Below, piece after piece: positions 60,290-64,000 of a stretch of DNA of 64,000 nucleotides. The translations under genes and the position numbers were made by a program. The notes beneath the pieces are model-generated. The model made no database searches and was not told the DNA's origin. It was given only the letters and a program-made list of their open reading frames with translations. Location of the stretch: the NCBI GenBank assembly GCA_032053185.1, contig DAMBVB010000004.1, positions 77,900 through 141,899 of the forward strand, in the 5' to 3' direction. This DNA comes from Lysinibacillus sp. (GTDB lineage: Bacteria; Bacillota; Bacilli; Bacillales_A; Planococcaceae). Positions within the stretch are counted from its first letter, which is position 1. Each line of letters opens with the position of its first letter.

Positions 60290-60958
60290 CTAGCTACCTC
60301 CCTTAGACACATTTAATAATGGTCGAATATTTTTTAACGCGTGAATTTGGTCGTACGTAATGCGCCCATCATAGCCAATAAATGCACAAGTCATCTCTTC
60401 TTGTTTAATTGCTTTTACATGTTCGTCCGACATTGCCTGAACCTGATCAGCAATCATGATATGCGTGGCTTCAAAAAGAGATGCTGCAATGATTGCTTCC
60501 TTATTACCATGAACACCAGCATGCGCAATTCCCTTGAGTTTACCTAGGACATACACATTGCCACCCGCTTCTACGCGTCCGTTCGGATTGACATTCCCTA
60601 CGATAATAATATCTCCTGGCGAACGCAGAACTTGACCCGATCTGACCACACCAATATATGTATCTTGTTGCCTTTCAATCATTTTCTGGTTGCTCTCATG
60701 GACAGTCAGTACTTCACTTTGCACCTTTGAAACGATTAGTTGCTCTGTTTCCTGAACAATTTTAATAAGCTCTTTAACTTGTTCAGCAGAACAGTATCGA
60801 TAGCCCAAATATAATTGTACATCTACTTTACTATCGATACCGCTTTCTGACACTTTCTTTTTAAGCTCTTCTACTAAATCGACATACGCACATTGATCGT
60901 CTAAATGAAGAACAAATCCATCCTTTGTTCCCTTCATATTAACTAACTGTTTTTTCAT
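60290..60958 (-). CDS. minC: Septum site-determining protein MinC
   Basis: 222 aa with a C-terminal beta-helix (GNVNPNGRVEAGGNVYVLGKLKG). Confidence 0.9.
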   Translation of the reverse strand: MKKQLVNMKGTKDGFVLHLDDQCAYVDLVEELKKKVSESGIDSKVDVQLYLGYRYCSAEQVKELIKIVQETEQLIVSKVQSEVLTVHESNQKMIERQQDTYIGVVRSGQVLRSPGDIIIVGNVNPNGRVEAGGNVYVLGKLKGIAHAGVHGNKEAIIAASLFEATHIMIADQVQAMSDEHVKAIKQEEMTCAFIGYDGRITYDQIHALKNIRPLLNVSKGGS

Positions 60959-60985
60959 GAATGCCTCACCCCACGTTGCTCTTTG

Positions 60986-61510
60986 TTAAGAAACTTCACG
61001 TGCTCTCTGTAGGACACGCGCATTGATTAGATACTTGAAGGCCCAACCAAGAATCATTAAAAATAGTGCATTAGCAATGATCGTTGGCAGCAGTCGTGAA
61101 CGTAAGAAATCCGATAATGGGATCGTTGTAAAGTCGATTAGATAGAAGAATTGATAGAGTATAAATTCTAAAATTGCTACTAAAATAACTGAAATCGTCG
61201 TTGTCACAACTAAGTGCTGATGAATAACTTTCACAATAGACCCTGCTAAAAAACAAACAAGCGGAAACAGTACTGAATATAATCCAATAATATCAATGTA
61301 AAACACATCATACAAGACACCAAAAAAAAGTCCATACATTACCGCTCTCTGACGGCTGTAATAGATGGATATAAATATTAAATATAAGATTAAAAATCTC
61401 GGAACTAAATAATAAATTTGTCCTTTCACTTCAATCGGTGAAAACATAGCAAACTCTGGTTCTACTAAAAATAGTAAAACTGCCACAGTGGGGATGAGAA
61501 ACCGAACCAT
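60986..61510 (-). CDS. mreD: Rod shape-determining protein MreD
   Basis: 174 aa polytopic membrane protein following mreC. Confidence 0.85.
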   Translation of the reverse strand: MVRFLIPTVAVLLFLVEPEFAMFSPIEVKGQIYYLVPRFLILYLIFISIYYSRQRAVMYGLFFGVLYDVFYIDIIGLYSVLFPLVCFLAGSIVKVIHQHLVVTTTISVILVAILEFILYQFFYLIDFTTIPLSDFLRSRLLPTIIANALFLMILGWAFKYLINARVLQRAREVS

Positions 61511-62421
61511 TATTCCGCCTCCTCTTTACCCTTTTGTGGATGTGTTAAATCCTCGTTTGATGAATTACCATCAGATCCATCTATCACAGTAGCGGAACGT
61601 TTAGCAATAACAACATAGTCTAAAATTGAAAAATCAGCAGATGGTTTTACATAGACCATTTTTGTTAAGCCAAAATCATCTGTACTTACTGCAGTTATTT
61701 CTCCGATTGGCACATTTTTAGGGAAAATACCGCCAAGTCCTGATGAAACTACTTGCTGACCTTTTTTAACTGTTAAACTTGAATCGATTCGCTTCATGAT
61801 GAGTTCATTACGCTCTTTATCATAGCCCTCAATTAAACCGTATGCTTGTTTATCACCTTGAACCATCGCAGAAACACGATAGTTTGGATTATTTGTATAT
61901 AAAAGCTCTACCTCAGAAGTGAAAGGTGTCACTAAAGTAACTTTACCGACTAACCCTTTGGCTGTCAAAACCGCCATATTTTTTTCTACACCGTGTGAAG
62001 ATCCTTTATCTAAAATTAGCTTTTCTTCCCACTGGTCAGGATTTCTAGCGATCACTGTGGCATGAATCGGATCATAAGCTTTTAAGCTTTCCGATTTGTC
62101 CATGAGCTCTTGAAACTTTTTAATATCCGATTTCAAGTCCGATGCCTCAGCTTGTACAGCTGCAAATTCATCTAAGCGTGCTTTTAAACGTTTATTTTCT
62201 TCGTACGTGTTTAAGAGGGAATCAATACTATTAAAAACACCAGTAATATAATTCGCCGGCTTCGCAACAATAGATTGTGCGACGCCGACAGTGTCTTTAA
62301 TAATTTGCTCTGGTAAAGTTGCATTCGTCCGGTCACGTAATGAGAAGCTAATCAATGCCACAAGAAAAACCATGCCCACGAGCAGCAAAATTAATTTCTT
62401 ATTGAAAAAAAAGTGTGGCAT
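61510..62421 (-). CDS. mreC: Rod shape-determining protein MreC
   Basis: 303 aa with an N-terminal TM segment, a coiled coil and beta-barrel domains (GLVGKV, SSGLGGIFP). Confidence 0.9.
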   Translation of the reverse strand: MPHFFFNKKLILLLVGMVFLVALISFSLRDRTNATLPEQIIKDTVGVAQSIVAKPANYITGVFNSIDSLLNTYEENKRLKARLDEFAAVQAEASDLKSDIKKFQELMDKSESLKAYDPIHATVIARNPDQWEEKLILDKGSSHGVEKNMAVLTAKGLVGKVTLVTPFTSEVELLYTNNPNYRVSAMVQGDKQAYGLIEGYDKERNELIMKRIDSSLTVKKGQQVVSSGLGGIFPKNVPIGEITAVSTDDFGLTKMVYVKPSADFSILDYVVIAKRSATVIDGSDGNSSNEDLTHPQKGKEEAE

Positions 62422-62434
62422 TGCCTCAACCTCC

Positions 62435-63454
62435 TTACCCTTTAACTTGTTGTTGACGAATTAAATCAATATGTTCTAGAGCCTTACCTGTACCAATAGC
62501 AACACAGTCCAGTGGATCTTCCGCGATAAATACTGGCATATTCGTTTCTTGGCTAATAACTTTGTCTAAATTCGTTAATAGCGCACCACCACCTGTTAGT
62601 ACAATTCCGCGTTCCATTACATCTGCAGATAATTCAGGAGGTGTTTGTTCAAGCGTTTTTCGAACACCATCAATAATAGATGCTACCGCTTCACGTAAAG
62701 ATTCAGAAATCTCTTGTGAAGAAATTTCGATCGTTTTTGGTAAACCTGTTAAAAGGTCACGTCCTCTAATTTCCATTTTTTCTTCTGGACCCTCAGCCAA
62801 CGCTGTACCAATTTCCATTTTTACTGCTTCCGCAGTACGTTCTCCAATTGTTAAGTTATATGTTTTACGAATATACGAAATGATGGATTGGTCCATTGCA
62901 TCCCCGCCAACACGCACGGATTCACTTGTTACAATACCACCTAATGAAATAACCGCTACCTCTGTTGTACCACCGCCGATATCAACGACCATTGAACCAG
63001 TTGGATCCCATACTGGTAAGCTCGAACCGATAGCTGCTGCAAATGGCTCTTCAATTGTAAATGCTTCTTTAGCACCTGCTTGGCGAGCAGCATCAATAAC
63101 CGCACGTTGTTCAACCGATGTAATACCGTAAGGCACACAAATCATCACATTCGGCTTTTTCCAATTACCACCAGAATTTTTGCAAGCTTCTTTTAAATAG
63201 TATTCTATCATTGCTGTAGTAATATCAAAATCAGCAATAACGCCATCTTTCATAGGACGGATTGCTACGATTGAGCCAGGTGTACGACCAATCATATTTT
63301 TCGCATCATTACCAACCGCAACAATATCTCCAGTTTTTGTATTTTTCGCTACAACTGAAGGTTCGCGTAAAACGATTCCCTTCCCTTTAATAAACACTAA
63401 TGTATTCGCTGTGCCAAGGTCAATCCCGACATCTTTACTTCCTAATCCAAACAA
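62435..63454 (-). CDS. mreB: Rod shape-determining actin homologue MreB
   Basis: 339 aa with TTG start behind AAAGGGAG, starting [21 protein letters not shown]. Confidence 0.95.
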   Translation of the reverse strand: MFGLGSKDVGIDLGTANTLVFIKGKGIVLREPSVVAKNTKTGDIVAVGNDAKNMIGRTPGSIVAIRPMKDGVIADFDITTAMIEYYLKEACKNSGGNWKKPNVMICVPYGITSVEQRAVIDAARQAGAKEAFTIEEPFAAAIGSSLPVWDPTGSMVVDIGGGTTEVAVISLGGIVTSESVRVGGDAMDQSIISYIRKTYNLTIGERTAEAVKMEIGTALAEGPEEKMEIRGRDLLTGLPKTIEISSQEISESLREAVASIIDGVRKTLEQTPPELSADVMERGIVLTGGGALLTNLDKVISQETNMPVFIAEDPLDCVAIGTGKALEHIDLIRQQQVKG

Positions 63455-63890
63455 ATTGTGTACTCCCTTTCTATTTAAGCCATACTTTCATTGACATCAA
63501 CTTACACCCCGGCGCACTATATCCCGAGGCTTTATCTTCATTCACTCGATGTTGGACACCTTCTGAAAAAAACTACATACTCATTTATCTCACACCTGAT
63601 GGAGTGAGAGTCTTTTTCTGAACGAAAATAAAATCATACCGTTCATTATAACGGAAAAACGCAAGAATTAGTAGTGTCACATACCTCTTCTTGCGGAAAA
63701 GATACTATTTTAATTCCCTCCTAAACAAAAATAGTACGTATAGATTAGCATATAATTTTTATTCTTGTAAGACAACGTGTAGCAGGCCACCAATTTTTGT
63801 AAATATAATAGATATTTCTACGAATACAATAACGTTTTCTATAAAAAAAGGTTCGCTTTTTTTTAGCTGCTCGCAAAACATATTTATTTA

Positions 63891-63980
63891 TCAATGATAC
63901 CTTGGCATAATTGCGTACGGAATCGGCTGGAGGCTTTAACTTCTTTCAGCAGGTGTTTGGATACCCGCTGAAAAAGCAAC
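63891..63980 (+). repeat. Mosaic repeat type B copy upstream of the mreB region
   Basis: TCAATGATACCTTGGCATAATTGCGTACGGAATCGG, then CTTTAACTTCTTTCAGCAGGTGT-TTGG-ATACCCGCTGAAAAAGC. Confidence 0.85.
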
Positions 63981-64000
63981 GTAAATTCGCATTCATCTCA

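Noticed and set aside
62562-63131. A long antisense ORF (189 aa) inside mreB. Similar antisense ORFs occur in relA (23762..24148), trp genes, EIIC (8842..9183), aspS, hisS and recJ.
   Set aside because: They lie opposite well-supported conserved genes and have low-complexity Ser/Pro/Ile-rich composition, no RBS, and no family resemblance.

Overview
This is a low-GC Firmicute (Bacillaceae) chromosomal segment. My guess is Lysinibacillus-like, but I cannot verify that. The backbone matches the Bacillus subtilis iscS-cymR-rarA / tcdA-aspS-hisS / dtd-relA-apt-recJ / secDF-comN-spoVB-yajC-tgt-queA-ruvBA / safA-niaR / pheAB-obg-spo0B-rpmA-prp-rplU-spoIVF-minCD-mreBCD neighbourhood, and almost all genes are on the minus strand. 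Three accessory blocks interrupt it. (1) 5.8-16.6 kb is an amino-sugar block with a Lac/cellobiose-type PTS, a DUF871/MupG-like gene, a BadF-type kinase, an Eis-like GNAT, and ptsH-ptsI, SIS, GntR and nagA genes; several genes are decaying (ptsI truncated, nagA frameshifted, GrpB pseudogene). (2) 26-29.3 kb holds psuG-psuK plus MFS and PhzF remnants. (3) 32.4-39.9 kb holds a T-box-controlled trpEDCFBA operon plus a chemoreceptor remnant. I found no CRISPR array, prophage, transposase or recognisable defence genes. The feature not explained by genes is a dense, modular, GC-rich family of intergenic repeats. It occurs at about 16-17 sites (about 2.9 kb by my tally) and is built from shuffled hairpin modules, 88-bp and 35-bp tandem units, and imperfect terminal inverted arms. 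Copies sit inside operons and inside the trp T-box leader, and two of them supply gene stop codons. Other observations are a 21-bp phased TTATCGA repeat, two orphan ORFs, an unusual His/Pro/Cys-repeat SafA, and a SpoIVFB lacking the CBS domain. All homology calls come from reading the translations; no database search was possible.
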